Part shown: piece by piece, positions 29,417 through 39,250 of the stretch
Numbering within the stretch: the stretch's first letter is position 1
Layout: every line of letters begins with the position of its first letter
Origin: Chloroflexota bacterium
Lineage (GTDB): Bacteria; Chloroflexota; Dehalococcoidia; SM23-28-2; RBG-16-64-32
Length of the DNA: 52,749 nucleotides
Direction: 5' to 3'
NCBI GenBank assembly: GCA_022561095.1
Contig: JADFRV010000001.1
Span: forward strand, 11,243-63,991
Program-made: the position numbers and the translations under genes
The notes under the pieces: generated by a model
Told to the model about the DNA's origin: nothing
What the model saw: only the letters and a program-made list of their open reading frames with translations
The model's database searches: none

Positions 29417-30290
29417 CCGATTCAGCCTTAGCTTCAGGTTTAGGCGCTGGCTCCGCAGCCTCCGCCCGCTCCTTGGCCGGGGTCTTCTTTTCGGCCGGCG
29501 TCTTCTTATCGGCCGGCGTCTCCTTCTCAGCCAGCGTCTCCGTCTCTGCCGGCGTCTCCGTCTCGGCCGCCGTCTCGGCCGGCTTCTCAGCCTCCGTCTC
29601 GGCCTTGGCCGCTTCGGCGCCCCCGCTCTTCTCAGCACGACGGCGCTGCACGGACGCGTCCTCCTCGATAATACGGTCGCCCTTGTATATCCACACCTTG
29701 ACGCCGATGCGTCCCAGCGTGGTCCGCGCCTCCGCGGTGCCGTAGTCTATGTCCGCTTTCAGGGTATGCAGAGGAACGCGGCCCTCCATGCCCTGGTCCT
29801 TACGGGACATATCGGAACCGCCCAGGCGACCGGAGACCTTGATCTTGATGCCGAGGGCGCCGCGCTGCATGGCGCGGGAGATCGCCTGCTTGATGGCCCG
29901 CCGGTGGGATATCCTGCGCTCCAGCTGGTCGCCCACGGCGCGCGCCACCAGGGCAGCGTCAACCTCCGGCATTCGGATCTCGTTGATGTTGACCCGTATC
30001 TTGCGGCCGCTGACCTTCTCCAGGGCAGCCCTGAGCTCGTCCACCCTCTGACCTCCGCGCCCGATGACGATACCGGGACGCGCCGTGTTGATGCTGACCG
30101 TCACCAGGTTGGCGTTGCGCTCGATCTCCACGGACGAGATGCCAGCATCGGGAAGGAGCTGATTGATAGTGCCGCGGATGATCAGGTCCTCCCGTAAGAG
30201 CTTCGCGTAATCGCGGCTCGCGAACCACTTGCTGTTCCAGTCGTATATGTAGCCCAGCCGGAAGCCGTGGGGGTGTACCTTCTGACCCAT
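29403..30290 (-). CDS. rpsC: 30S ribosomal protein S3 (uS3) with ~75-aa E/T/P/A/K-rich C-terminal extension
   Basis: 295 aa. Starts [13 protein letters not shown], with KH domain [11 protein letters not shown]. The tail contains [45 protein letters not shown]. Confidence 0.94.
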   Translation of the reverse strand: MGQKVHPHGFRLGYIYDWNSKWFASRDYAKLLREDLIIRGTINQLLPDAGISSVEIERNANLVTVSINTARPGIVIGRGGQRVDELRAALEKVSGRKIRVNINEIRMPEVDAALVARAVGDQLERRISHRRAIKQAISRAMQRGALGIKIKVSGRLGGSDMSRKDQGMEGRVPLHTLKADIDYGTAEARTTLGRIGVKVWIYKGDRIIEEDASVQRRRAEKSGGAEAAKAETEAEKPAETAAETETPAETETLAEKETPADKKTPAEKKTPAKERAEAAEPAPKPEAKAESDATT

Positions 30291-30291
30291 G

Positions 30292-30630
30292 CTAGAGCTC
30301 CTCTTCCCGGACCACTATGGTTATGTTGCTGCGACGGCGCCGTATGGTGTCGGCGCGGCCGCGGGCGCGTGTCCGCAACCGCTGGAAAGTAAGGCCGTCC
30401 CCAGCGTAAGCCTCGGATATGCGCAAGGTCTGCGGCTGAATATTGTAGTTGTTCTCGGCGTTGGCCGCGGCGGAACGCACCGCCTTGGCGACGAGGCGGG
30501 CGTGAGGTGTCGGCATGAAGCGCAGGAGGGCCATCGCCTCGTCCACGCGCTTGCCGCGGATCTCATCCAGGATGAGCCTCGCCTTCTTGGGCGCGATGGC
30601 GGCGTTGCGGGAGAAGGATCGTACTTCCAT
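30292..30630 (-). CDS. rplV: 50S ribosomal protein L22 (uL22)
   Basis: 112 aa. Contains IAPKKARLILDEIRGKRVDEAMALLRF. Confidence 0.94.
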   Translation of the reverse strand: MEVRSFSRNAAIAPKKARLILDEIRGKRVDEAMALLRFMPTPHARLVAKAVRSAAANAENNYNIQPQTLRISEAYAGDGLTFQRLRTRARGRADTIRRRRSNITIVVREEEL

Positions 30631-30635
30631 CCCTG

Positions 30636-30926
30636 CTAGTACCTCCGCACCTGGCTGACCTGGGCAGACCGGCCGCCGTGGCCGCGGAACGTCCGCGTTA
30701 GAGCGAACTCGCCCAGCTTGTGGCCGACCATATTCTCAGTGATGAAGATGGGCACGTGGCGCCGACCGTCGTGCACGGCTATGGTGAGGCCCACCATCTC
30801 CGGCAAGATAGTCGAACGGCGAGACCAGGTACGGATAACCGTCTTCTCGCCGGAGCGCACCACCTTCTCCACCTTCTCCATCAGCTTAGGGTCCGCGTAG
30901 GGCCCCTTCTTGGTCGAACGAGACAT
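30636..30926 (-). CDS. rpsS: 30S ribosomal protein S19 (uS19)
   Basis: ATG at 30926 gives [19 protein letters not shown] (96 aa). The upstream part of the 149-aa ORF overlaps rplB out of frame. Confidence 0.94.
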   Translation of the reverse strand: MSRSTKKGPYADPKLMEKVEKVVRSGEKTVIRTWSRRSTILPEMVGLTIAVHDGRRHVPIFITENMVGHKLGEFALTRTFRGHGGRSAQVSQVRRY

Positions 30927-30936
30927 AGATCCCTCT

Positions 30937-31767
30937 CTACACGTCGCTTCGTCTGCGCACGATGTACTTGTTTGTGTCCTTGCGGCGGCGGGTACGGTAG
31001 CCCAGTGTCGGCTTGCCCCAGGGTGTTTTAGGCCCCGGCATACCAATGGGAGCGCGCCCCTCGCCGCCGCCGTGGGGGTGATCACGGGGATTCATCACAC
31101 TGCCGCGCACCTTGGGCCGGCGGCCCATGTTCCGCCTGCGTCCGGCGCGCCCCAGCTTTATCTGGTCGTGCTCCACGTTGCCCACCTGGCCTACCGTGGC
31201 CATACAGTCAGCGTGGACGCGCCTCACCTCGCCCGAGGGCAGGCGCACCATCACGTAGTTTCCCTCACGAGCCATGAGCTGAGCGACGCCGCCCGCACCA
31301 CGCACTAGCTGCGCGCCGTGGCCCTTATGCAGCTCTATGTTGTGCACGCTGTTGCCGGAGGGGATGTTGCGCAGCGGCAGAGCGTTGCCGGGCTTGATCT
31401 CCGACTTGGGGCCCGCCATCACTGTATCGCCCACAGCGAGGCCCACAGGCCAGATGATGTACCGCTTCTCGCCATCCACATAGTGGATGAGAGCGATACG
31501 GGCCGACCGGTTGGGATCGTACTCTATGGCCGCAACCTTGCCCGGCACGCCGGTCTTGTCCCGCTTGAAGTCGATGACGCGATAGCGGCGCTTGTGGCCG
31601 CCGCCACGATGCCGGACGCTGATACGGCCCTGATTGTTGCGCCCGGCCTTCTTAGTAAGGGGAGCGAGGAGCGACTTCTCCGGCCGCTTCTTCGTGATCT
31701 CATCGAAGGTGTAGCCGCTGGCGCCGCGCCGGCCCGGCGATGTCGGTTTGTACCACTTGATACCCAT
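30937..31767 (-). CDS. rplB: 50S ribosomal protein L2 (uL2)
   Basis: 276 aa. Contains [22 protein letters not shown] and [13 protein letters not shown]. Confidence 0.95.
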   Translation of the reverse strand: MGIKWYKPTSPGRRGASGYTFDEITKKRPEKSLLAPLTKKAGRNNQGRISVRHRGGGHKRRYRVIDFKRDKTGVPGKVAAIEYDPNRSARIALIHYVDGEKRYIIWPVGLAVGDTVMAGPKSEIKPGNALPLRNIPSGNSVHNIELHKGHGAQLVRGAGGVAQLMAREGNYVMVRLPSGEVRRVHADCMATVGQVGNVEHDQIKLGRAGRRRNMGRRPKVRGSVMNPRDHPHGGGEGRAPIGMPGPKTPWGKPTLGYRTRRRKDTNKYIVRRRSDV

Positions 31768-31769
31768 CG

Positions 31770-32069
31770 CTACAGCCCCTCAAACAGCTCGATCTTATCG
31801 TCGCGGGCGAGCGTTACCACAGCCTTTCGCCAGTCCGGGCGGTGAGTTGCTCGGCGCCCCCGGCGACCTCGCGACTTCCCCTTGACGTTGATCACGTTCA
31901 CATGCAGGACATTCACATCGAAGGCCTTCTCCACGGCCTCTTTGATCTGGGGCTTGTTGCTGCCGCGGTTAACCTCAAACACATACTTATTCTCGCTGCC
32001 CAGACGCGTCCCTTTCTCCGTGATCATGGGACGGCGCAAGACCTCCAGCGGATGGATGGGCTTGGGCAT
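31770..32069 (-). CDS. rplW: 50S ribosomal protein L23 (uL23)
   Basis: 99 aa. Contains [24 protein letters not shown]. Confidence 0.94.
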   Translation of the reverse strand: MPKPIHPLEVLRRPMITEKGTRLGSENKYVFEVNRGSNKPQIKEAVEKAFDVNVLHVNVINVKGKSRGRRGRRATHRPDWRKAVVTLARDDKIELFEGL

Positions 32070-32072
32070 CGC

Positions 32073-32960
32073 CTAGCCCTCATCCTTCTTGGTGCGCGTG
32101 CGGCGGCGGGCCGCCGGTTTCGTCTCCTGTTTGGCCTCGGCCTTGGGCCGCCTGGCACGACGGGCTGGTTTCGCCGGCGCTTCGTCCTTCGCTGCAGCCA
32201 CCTTGGGGGTGGCCGCGGCACGGCGGCGGCGAGGCTTCGGCTCCGGCTGAGCTTCCGCCTCCTCAGCAGGCTTCTCGGCGACGCGCGCGCGTCTCCGGCG
32301 CGGCTTTGGCTCCTCCACGGGCGCTGACTTTGCAGCCGCACTACCCCACAGACCCTCTACCGCTCGCACCGCAGCCTCCGTTAGCAGAAGATCGCGATGC
32401 GTAAGCATATCAACGACGTTTAGATAGGCGGCGGGCAGGACTTTGGTCTTCGACAGATTGCGCGCGCTGGTCAGAACAGACCGATCCGGCTCCCCGGTCA
32501 CGATAAGCGCGGAGCGCTCGATGCCCACGTTGCGCAGGACACGGACCACTTCCTTAGTGCGCGGCTTCGCGAAGCCAAGCTTATCGACGACGTGAAGCTG
32601 GCCATCTGCTACCTTGCCCGATAGAGCGGAACGGATCGCCAGCCGCCTCATCTTCTTTGGTAGCGTCTGGCGGTAGCTGCGTGGCCTGGGCCCGAAAGCG
32701 ACGCCGCCGCCGACGCGTACAGGGGAACGATTGCTACCCTGGCGGGCGCTGCCCGTGTACTTCTGGCGTCGGATCTTGCGGGTGCTGCCCTGGACCTCTC
32801 CCCGACTCTTGGTGCTGGCGGTGCCCCGCCGCTGATTGGCACGCTGGGCGACGAACGCCTGGTGAAGCACCGCGCCGTTGGGAGAGATGCCGAAGACGGT
32901 GTCGTCAACCGTTATTTGACGCACCCGCTTACCCGCAGCGTTGTGCACGGCGAGCTTCAT
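32073..32960 (-). CDS. rplD: 50S ribosomal protein L4 (uL4) with ~90-aa basic/Ala/Pro-rich C-terminal extension
   Basis: ATG at 32960 (1 nt after the rplC stop) gives [13 protein letters not shown] (295 aa). The core ends near residue 205. The tail contains [36 protein letters not shown]...[11 protein letters not shown]. Confidence 0.93.
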   Translation of the reverse strand: MKLAVHNAAGKRVRQITVDDTVFGISPNGAVLHQAFVAQRANQRRGTASTKSRGEVQGSTRKIRRQKYTGSARQGSNRSPVRVGGGVAFGPRPRSYRQTLPKKMRRLAIRSALSGKVADGQLHVVDKLGFAKPRTKEVVRVLRNVGIERSALIVTGEPDRSVLTSARNLSKTKVLPAAYLNVVDMLTHRDLLLTEAAVRAVEGLWGSAAAKSAPVEEPKPRRRRARVAEKPAEEAEAQPEPKPRRRRAAATPKVAAAKDEAPAKPARRARRPKAEAKQETKPAARRRTRTKKDEG

Positions 32961-32961
32961 C

Positions 32962-33594
32962 TTATCGCGCCCCCCCACGCTTGGAGCGGCGGACGCGAAG
33001 AAGTGCGTCCTCACTGCCGGGAACGGAGCCCTGCACCATCAGGACGTTGCGAGAAGGGTCACACTGGACGACTTCAAGGTTTTTCACCGTGATCTGGCCC
33101 GTGCCCATGTGCCCGGCCATCTTCATCCCCTTGATCACGCGGCCGGGATCCGTACCGGCGCCGATAGAACCGGGCGCACGGTCGCGATCGGACTGGCCGT
33201 GGGTGCGCTTCCCGCCGCGGAAGCCGTGACGCTTCATCACCCCGGCGAAGCCGCGTCCCTTGGACGCCCCCGAGATATCCACCAGATCTCCCTCCTGGAA
33301 GATATCACACCCCACCTTCTTGCCCACCTCCCACTCGCTGATATCGTCCACGCGGAACTCTCGCAGATATCGGAACTGGCCCAGGCCCTTCATGTGGCCC
33401 TTTTGGGGTGAGTTCACCCGCTTGCGGGTGCCGAAACCGAGCTGCACGGTAGAGTAGCCGTCGTTCTCCTCCGTCTTGACCTGGACGACCGTGCAGGGGC
33501 CGGCTTCGATGACGGTCACCGGGACGGCGGTGCCGTCCTCACGGAAGACCTGAGTCATCCCCAGCTTGCGTCCCAGGATGCCTTCTATGCTCAC
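32962..33594 (-). CDS. rplC: 50S ribosomal protein L3 (uL3)
   Basis: 210 aa. Contains [13 protein letters not shown] and [16 protein letters not shown]. Confidence 0.95.
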   Translation of the reverse strand: MSIEGILGRKLGMTQVFREDGTAVPVTVIEAGPCTVVQVKTEENDGYSTVQLGFGTRKRVNSPQKGHMKGLGQFRYLREFRVDDISEWEVGKKVGCDIFQEGDLVDISGASKGRGFAGVMKRHGFRGGKRTHGQSDRDRAPGSIGAGTDPGRVIKGMKMAGHMGTGQITVKNLEVVQCDPSRNVLMVQGSVPGSEDALLRVRRSKRGGAR

Positions 33595-33899
33595 AGCTTG
33601 ATCTCGATATCCACCCCCGATGGCAGCTGCAGCCGCATCAGGGCATCCACGGTCTTGGGCGTGGGGTCCATGATGTCAACCAGACGCTTGTGAGTGCGTA
33701 TCTCAAACTGCTCCCGTGAGTCCTTATCTACGTGGGGTGAGCGGATCACGCAGAACTTCTTGATCTCCGTGGGCAGGGGCACCGGACCGGACACAGCCGC
33801 CCCCGTGCGCTCCGCCGCCTCGACGATGAGGACCGCTGACTGATCCAGAATCCGGTGGTCGTAAGCTTTGAGTCGGATGCGGATTTTCTGGCGGGCCAT
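33591..33899 (-). CDS. rpsJ: 30S ribosomal protein S10 (uS10)
   Basis: ATG at 33899 gives [19 protein letters not shown] (102 aa). It lies 4 nt after the fusA stop, with GAAGG upstream. Confidence 0.94.
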   Translation of the reverse strand: MARQKIRIRLKAYDHRILDQSAVLIVEAAERTGAAVSGPVPLPTEIKKFCVIRSPHVDKDSREQFEIRTHKRLVDIMDPTPKTVDALMRLQLPSGVDIEIKL

Positions 33900-33903
33900 G
33901 GCT

Positions 33904-35991
33904 CTACCTTCGGACGACGCCCCGTGCGCGACCAATTACGTTCTCGGCGACGGACACGGGGACCTCCTCATAGTGATCGAACTCCATAGTGTGTGTGGCG
34001 CGGCCCTGGCTGATGGAACGCAGGTCAGTGGCGTAGCCAAACACCTCAGCCAGGGGGATGATGGATGAGATAACCCGCAGATGGCCGCGCTGGTCAACGT
34101 TCACAACCTGGCCGCGACGGGAGGTTATATCTCCCAGGACGTCACCGAAGAACTCATCCGGTGTGGCCACCTCCACCTTCATGTACGGCTCCAGCAAGAT
34201 CGGCTTGGCACGCTTCAGCGCTGCCTGAAGGCCCAGGGAACCGGCCATCTTAAACGCCATTTCAGAGGAGTCCACCGGATGGGACTGCCCATCCAGCAGC
34301 CTGACCTTGACGTCGATCACAGGATAGTTTGAGACGACGCCGGTCTCCAGCGCCTCCCGCACCCCCTGCTCCACCGCCGGGATGAACTCGCGCGGTATGG
34401 AGCCGCCGATGATCTTGGACTCAAACTCGAAGCCCGCGCCCTGCTGCTGCGGCTCCACCTCCAGCTCGACGACGCCGAACTGGCCGCGGCCGCCCGTCTG
34501 GCGCACGAACCGTCCCTCAGCCTTCGCCGGCTGCAAGATCGTCTCCTTGTAGGCCACCTCCGGGCGGCCCACGTTGGCCTCCACGTTGAACTCCCGCAGC
34601 ATGCGGTCAACGATGATCTCCAAGTGCAGCTGGCCCATGCCGGAGATGATCGTCTGACCGGTCTCGGAGTCATACCGGGCATGGAACGTGGGATCCTCCT
34701 CGCCCAGGCGGACGAGTGTCTCTACCATGCGGTCCTGATCGTTCTTGGTCTTCGGCTCAATCGCCACCGATATGACCGGCTCCGGAAACTTGATCGCCTC
34801 CAGGAGCACGGGCTGGCCCTGGGCACAAAGAGTGTCACCGGTGAATGTATTCTTGAGGCCCACCGTAGCGGCGATATCGCCGGCCTGGACATCATCGATA
34901 TCCTCGCGACGATTGGCGTGCATACGCAGGATGCGTCCCAAACGCTCCCTCCCGCCGCGGGCGCTGTTCAGCACCGAGCCGCCCTGTTTCGCCGTGCCGG
35001 AGTAGACACGGAAGTAAACGAGACGGCCAACGTAAGGGTCAGCGACGATCTTAAAGGCGAGGGCGGAGAACGGCTCATCATCTTTGGGGTGCCGTTCCAG
35101 CAGTTCGCCCGTCTTGGGGTGAGTCCCAATGACGGGCGGAACCTCAGCGGGTGAGGGGAGGTAGTCTATTACGGCGTCCAGCAGCGGGCGGACGCCCTTG
35201 TTCTTCAGGGCGGAGCCGCAGAGGACGGGCGTCACCAAGTTGGCGATAGTGGCCCGGCGCAGAGCCTTCTTTAGCTCCGTGGGCGACACATCATGGTGCT
35301 CCACGTAGCTAATGAGCATCTGGTCGTCCACCTCGGCTATCGCCTCGACTAGCTGTTCGCGGCGGATCTGGGCCTCTTTCCCGTAGGTGCCAGGGATGGG
35401 CCCAATCTCCGGCTGGTCCTCTGGCTCCCCGGAGAAGGTAATTGCCTTCATCTCCACGAGGTCGATGACACCCCGGTGAGCGTCCTCCACACCGATGGGC
35501 ACCTGGATAGCCACGGGACGGGCGCTCAGGCGCTCCTTGATCATCTCCACCGTGCGCTGGAAGTCGGCGCCCACACGGTCCATCTTGTTAACGAAGCAGA
35601 TGCGCGGAATATGGTAGCGGTCAGCCTGTCGCCATACGGTCTCTGATTGGCTCTGCACGCCGGCGACGGCATCGAATACAACAACGCCTCCGTCCAGAAC
35701 ACGGAGGCTGCGTTCCACTTCCGCGGTGAAGTCCACGTGGCCGGGGGTGTCCACGATGTTGATCGTGTGGTCACGCCACTCGGTGGTGGTGGCGGCGGCG
35801 GTGATAGTGATCCCCCGCTCCCGCTCCTGCGCCATCCAGTCCATGACGGCAGTACCGGCGTCCACGTCACCGATCTTGTAGGTGCGCCCCGTGTGGAACA
35901 GAATGCGCTCGGTAACCGTGGTCTTCCCGGCATCGATGTGGGCAATGATCCCGATATTTCGGAACGATTCGATGGGCAATTGTCTAGTCAT
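33904..35991 (-). CDS. fusA: Elongation factor G
   Basis: ATG at 35991 gives [25 protein letters not shown] (695 aa). Contains DTPGHVDF and NKMD. The ORF-track start at 36036 overlaps rpsG. Confidence 0.94.
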   Translation of the reverse strand: MTRQLPIESFRNIGIIAHIDAGKTTVTERILFHTGRTYKIGDVDAGTAVMDWMAQERERGITITAAATTTEWRDHTINIVDTPGHVDFTAEVERSLRVLDGGVVVFDAVAGVQSQSETVWRQADRYHIPRICFVNKMDRVGADFQRTVEMIKERLSARPVAIQVPIGVEDAHRGVIDLVEMKAITFSGEPEDQPEIGPIPGTYGKEAQIRREQLVEAIAEVDDQMLISYVEHHDVSPTELKKALRRATIANLVTPVLCGSALKNKGVRPLLDAVIDYLPSPAEVPPVIGTHPKTGELLERHPKDDEPFSALAFKIVADPYVGRLVYFRVYSGTAKQGGSVLNSARGGRERLGRILRMHANRREDIDDVQAGDIAATVGLKNTFTGDTLCAQGQPVLLEAIKFPEPVISVAIEPKTKNDQDRMVETLVRLGEEDPTFHARYDSETGQTIISGMGQLHLEIIVDRMLREFNVEANVGRPEVAYKETILQPAKAEGRFVRQTGGRGQFGVVELEVEPQQQGAGFEFESKIIGGSIPREFIPAVEQGVREALETGVVSNYPVIDVKVRLLDGQSHPVDSSEMAFKMAGSLGLQAALKRAKPILLEPYMKVEVATPDEFFGDVLGDITSRRGQVVNVDQRGHLRVISSIIPLAEVFGYATDLRSISQGRATHTMEFDHYEEVPVSVAENVIGRARGVVRR

Positions 35992-36029
35992 GAATCCTAC
36001 ATTCAGCTCCGGCCGTGGTAAGGCTGAAG

Positions 36030-36500
36030 TTACCACCGGTAATGCACGAACGCCTTGTTGGCTTCAGCCATGCGATGCGTGTCGTCTCGGCGCTTGACCG
36101 CCGTGCCCTGGTGGCGGTAGGCGTCCACAAGCTCAGTAGCCAGACACTCAGCCATGGGGCGTCCCTGACGGGCGCGCGCGCTGCTGAGGATCCAGCGCAT
36201 GGAGAGGGAGAGCTGTCGCGAGGGACGTACCTCCAGGGGGATCTGGTAGGTGGCGCCGCCCACGCGACGGGGGCGCACCTCCAGCGTGGGCATAACGTTG
36301 CGAACCGCCGTCTCGAACACCTGGACGGGCGGATCCTTGGTTCGTTGCGCCGCCGTCTCCATCGCCTCGTACAGGATGCGTTCAGCGACGCTCTTCTTGC
36401 CCCGCTTCATGACCTTGTTGATCATCATCTGCACCCAGACGCTCCCGAACTTGGCGTCGGGCGGCGTTGGGCGGCGGACTACCTTACCCCTGCGAGGCAT
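36030..36500 (-). CDS. rpsG: 30S ribosomal protein S7 (uS7)
   Basis: 156 aa. Starts [10 protein letters not shown] and ends with KAFVHYRW. Confidence 0.95.
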   Translation of the reverse strand: MPRRGKVVRRPTPPDAKFGSVWVQMMINKVMKRGKKSVAERILYEAMETAAQRTKDPPVQVFETAVRNVMPTLEVRPRRVGGATYQIPLEVRPSRQLSLSMRWILSSARARQGRPMAECLATELVDAYRHQGTAVKRRDDTHRMAEANKAFVHYRW

Positions 36501-36518
36501 CGACCAGACTCCCTGAGC

Positions 36519-36941
36519 CTACTTTGAATCCTCGGGCTTGCGGGTCCCGTACTTGCTGCGCTGCTGCCTGCGGCCGCTCACCCCAAGGGCGTCCAGCGCC
36601 CCCCGAACGATATGATAGCGGACGCCGGGCAGGTCCTTGACGCGGCCGCCGCGGATGAGAACCATGGAGTGTTCCTGAAGCGTGTGGCCCTCACCCGGAA
36701 TGTAAGCGGTAACCTCAATGCCGTTGGTGAGGCGTACTCTGGCCACCTTACGCAGGGCGGAGTTAGGCTTCTTCGGCGTCTGGGTGCGCACGTTGGTGCA
36801 GACACCCCGCTTCTGGGGCGCGCCTTCACCGCGCACCATCCGGTTGGTCAGGGCGTTGTAATGGAAACGCAGGGCCGGAGCCTTGGTCTTCTTGGCCATC
36901 GGCTTCCGCCCATGGCGGACCAGCTGGTTAATCGTTGGCAC
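36519..36941 (-). CDS. rpsL: 30S ribosomal protein S12 (uS12)
   Basis: 140 aa with a GTG start. Contains [27 protein letters not shown] and [13 protein letters not shown]. Confidence 0.95.
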   Translation of the reverse strand: MPTINQLVRHGRKPMAKKTKAPALRFHYNALTNRMVRGEGAPQKRGVCTNVRTQTPKKPNSALRKVARVRLTNGIEVTAYIPGEGHTLQEHSMVLIRGGRVKDLPGVRYHIVRGALDALGVSGRRQQRSKYGTRKPEDSK

Positions 36942-37095
36942 CTGCGATTCCCCTCTTCCTTCACAACAAAAGGCCGAAAGCCTTACACTTCCGCACTAGA
37001 CCGGCACGGGTATGAGCGGTGCGCCGATCACGTCGGCGAGGCCTTCCGACCGCAAGTCTCGCGTATTCGCCCTAGAAACCTGACGCCAAACGTTA

Positions 37096-37124
37096 AGGAT
37101 AGCAACGGGCTCTCATGCTGTCAA
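37096..37124 (-). promoter_or_regulatory. Candidate sigma-70 promoter of the rpsL-led ribosomal supercluster
   Basis: On the minus strand, TTGACA (37124-37119), 17-nt spacer, TATCCT (37101-37096). This implies a ~148-nt leader before the rpsL GTG. Confidence 0.55.
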
Positions 37125-37280
37125 GGTGGATAGCGATGCAACCGTTGCGTCCTAACCCTTCCCTCAGCCCCGAAGGGCCGAGGGGCATGATATTACCACG
37201 CTCCCTAACCCATCAAGTTGTCCCCAAGGCGTATAACAAGCCATCAAATTCCAAGATTTCTATTCAGGGAGGCGCTTAGC

Positions 37281-37286
37281 TATAAT
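37281..37286 (+). promoter_or_regulatory. Consensus -10 box 9 nt upstream of the 37296 ATG (leaderless geometry)
   Basis: TATAAT followed by ggataggct and then ATG. There is no SD. The -35 region (TTCTAT) is weak. Confidence 0.4.
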
Positions 37287-37295
37287 GGATAGGCT

Positions 37296-37598
37296 ATGTC
37301 GGAAGTCAATCTTGACGCTCTGAGAGCCGCCATCCGCGACCTACACGGCTGCGAATCTACTTGGGTCGAGGCTGTATCAGTCAAGGAAACATCCAAGGGG
37401 CGCACCGTCTGGGAAGGCGTCGTGCAAGTCTTTGATCTGCACGATCATCCGGAGGCGACGCGCTGCTACGCTTGGTCACACGCTGTCGATTCTTCGGGGA
37501 GGCGGCGCTTCGTCGCCGTCCTGCATGAAGACCCGGTGAACTCGCCAGCTACGGCGGTGCGAGCAGCCATCGTCAGGGAACAGTTCAACTGGTATTAA
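37296..37598 (+). CDS. Hypothetical protein (100 aa), family not recognised
   Basis: An ORF in a locally lower-GC spacer. Translation is MSEVNLDALRAAIRDLHGCESTWVEAVSVKETSKGRTVWEGVVQVFDLHDHPEATRCYAWSH... It has a globular composition. I have a vague recollection of similar small proteins in other genomes but cannot name a family. Confidence 0.6.
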   Translation: MSEVNLDALRAAIRDLHGCESTWVEAVSVKETSKGRTVWEGVVQVFDLHDHPEATRCYAWSHAVDSSGRRRFVAVLHEDPVNSPATAVRAAIVREQFNWY

Positions 37599-37650
37599 TT
37601 TTCGAGGCCCTTAAACTTTGGGTGTGTCAACGAGGGAATTCCCAGCTGGA

Positions 37651-38538
37651 TCACACCCCAGCGTAGGAGTGGAGTCCAGACACCCACAGGTTCACCACAA
37701 AGTAGGTGAACAGCACGGCGATGAACCCCAGCACCAGGATGACCGCGGCCCTCTTCCCCGTCCAGCCGCGCAGGCCGCGGGTATGCAGGTAGGCAGCGTA
37801 GATCAGCCAGGTCACCAGGGCTGAGGTCTCCTTGGGATCCCAGCCCCAGTAGCGGCCCCAGGCGGAGTTGCCCCAGTACGCACCCAGCGCTATCCCCAGC
37901 GCCAGCAGCGGAAACCCCACCATCACCGAGCGGTAGCCGATCTCGTCCAGGAGCCCGGCCTTAGGCAGGCGCGAGAACCGGTTCCTCTCACCGTCTTGAA
38001 CAAGGTACATGACGCCGGCGCCAAACGAGACGCTGAGGGCGCTGTAGGCCACAATCATCGTGGCCACGTGAATGGCCAGGAGGTCCTGATTCTGGAGGGC
38101 GGGCACCAGAGGCTCCACGTCGGACGGGAAGAAGGCGACGGAGACGGCCATAAGCGCCAGCACCACCGGCTGGATAAAGGCGCCGAGGGTCCTCTGTCCG
38201 TACCAGCGCTCGAATACGATGTAGAACAGCATGATGCCGCCGGCGAAGGCGACGGTGAACTCCCACATGTTGGACCAGGGGGCGTGGCCCACGGCCTGCC
38301 AGCGGGCGAACAGCGATATCGCCAGGAAAGCCGCCGCCGCCCAGGTAGACAGGCTCGCCAGCCTACCCAGCGAATCAGGCAACCGCTCGAAGGTAGCGAC
38401 GGTCACGCCGCCATCGCCGTTCGTGGCCAGGCGACGCAAGACGACCCGCACCCCGAAGGCGTAGCCCCAGTAGAAGAGGACCGCCCCTGCCGTCAGGCCC
38501 AGGGCCAGCCAGAACGTCGTCAGCGCAAGCGCTTCCAC
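37651..38538 (-). CDS. ccsA: Cytochrome c biogenesis protein CcsA/ResC (system II heme handling)
   Basis: 295 aa, polytopic. WWD-type motif WGRYWGWDPKETSALVTWLIYAAYLH. Confidence 0.88.
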   Translation of the reverse strand: MEALALTTFWLALGLTAGAVLFYWGYAFGVRVVLRRLATNGDGGVTVATFERLPDSLGRLASLSTWAAAAFLAISLFARWQAVGHAPWSNMWEFTVAFAGGIMLFYIVFERWYGQRTLGAFIQPVVLALMAVSVAFFPSDVEPLVPALQNQDLLAIHVATMIVAYSALSVSFGAGVMYLVQDGERNRFSRLPKAGLLDEIGYRSVMVGFPLLALGIALGAYWGNSAWGRYWGWDPKETSALVTWLIYAAYLHTRGLRGWTGKRAAVILVLGFIAVLFTYFVVNLWVSGLHSYAGV

Positions 38539-38545
38539 TCCGTCC

Positions 38546-39238
38546 CTATCTCCACTCTAGGCGGTGAAACGCCTCGGCCAGCTTGAAACCGGCCTCCTTG
38601 CCCACCTCAGCCATACGTTGTCGCACCCGTTTGCGAACCTCGCTGGACGGATAGCGGCCTAGTTGACTCTTGTGGCAGCGGAGGGCCTTCATCTTCTTGT
38701 GAAAGAAATCGCTTACGTCCACATGGTAATTGGCCCGGTCGCTCCCAGCAAGGAGAGCTTCCTTCGCCCGGTGCGGCTCCAGCCCCTCCGCCAGGTGCTC
38801 CGGATAGTAGAGGTGGGAGCGTGAGAGCGGGTACGCGGCGTCCAGGGCGGCCTGGCCGGTGAGCCGGTGATCGCGGTGGTTATGGCCGAGACGATACGGG
38901 TCCCAGGTGACCACAACGTCCGGCTTGAAACGACGGATCTCTCGCACCAGCTCCCCCCGCAGCTCCGCCGTGTCCTCCACGAAGCCGTCCGGGTAGCCCA
39001 GGAAGACGCACGTGCTGACGCCCAACACCTTGGCGGCGGCGCGCTGCTCCTTCTCCCGGATCTCGGCCAGCCGCTCGCTGGTCATCTCCTCATCGTGGCT
39101 CCCCTTGTCACCGGAGGTGACGAGGACGTACCCGACCTCCCAGCCCTCCGACACCCAGCGGGCCACGCTGCCGGCGCAGAGGAACTCCGCATCGTCCGGG
39201 TGGGCGACGATGACCAGGGCTCGTTTGGGTTCGCTCAC
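38546..39238 (-). CDS. PIG-L/LmbE-family N-acetylglucosaminyl deacetylase (MshB/BshB-like)
   Basis: 230 aa. Contains ALVIVAHPDDAEFLCAG, TSGDKGS and HRDHRLTG (zinc-ligand pattern of LmbE proteins). Confidence 0.85.
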   Translation of the reverse strand: MSEPKRALVIVAHPDDAEFLCAGSVARWVSEGWEVGYVLVTSGDKGSHDEEMTSERLAEIREKEQRAAAKVLGVSTCVFLGYPDGFVEDTAELRGELVREIRRFKPDVVVTWDPYRLGHNHRDHRLTGQAALDAAYPLSRSHLYYPEHLAEGLEPHRAKEALLAGSDRANYHVDVSDFFHKKMKALRCHKSQLGRYPSSEVRKRVRQRMAEVGKEAGFKLAEAFHRLEWR

Positions 39239-39250
39239 GCCAGGACGGTT

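Noticed and set aside
29417-29638. 74-codon Arg-rich N-terminal extension of the L16 ORF ([23 protein letters not shown]...).
   Set aside because: It is the S3 repeat tail read in another frame. The canonical L16 N-terminus [11 protein letters not shown] begins at 29416.
37161-37185. GC hairpin CCCTCaGCCC-cgaa-GGGCcGAGGG in the spacer upstream of both the rpsL promoter and the 37296 gene.
   Set aside because: It is not downstream of any gene on either strand and has no U-tract. It occurs only once in the window, so it is neither a terminator nor a demonstrable REP-type repeat.
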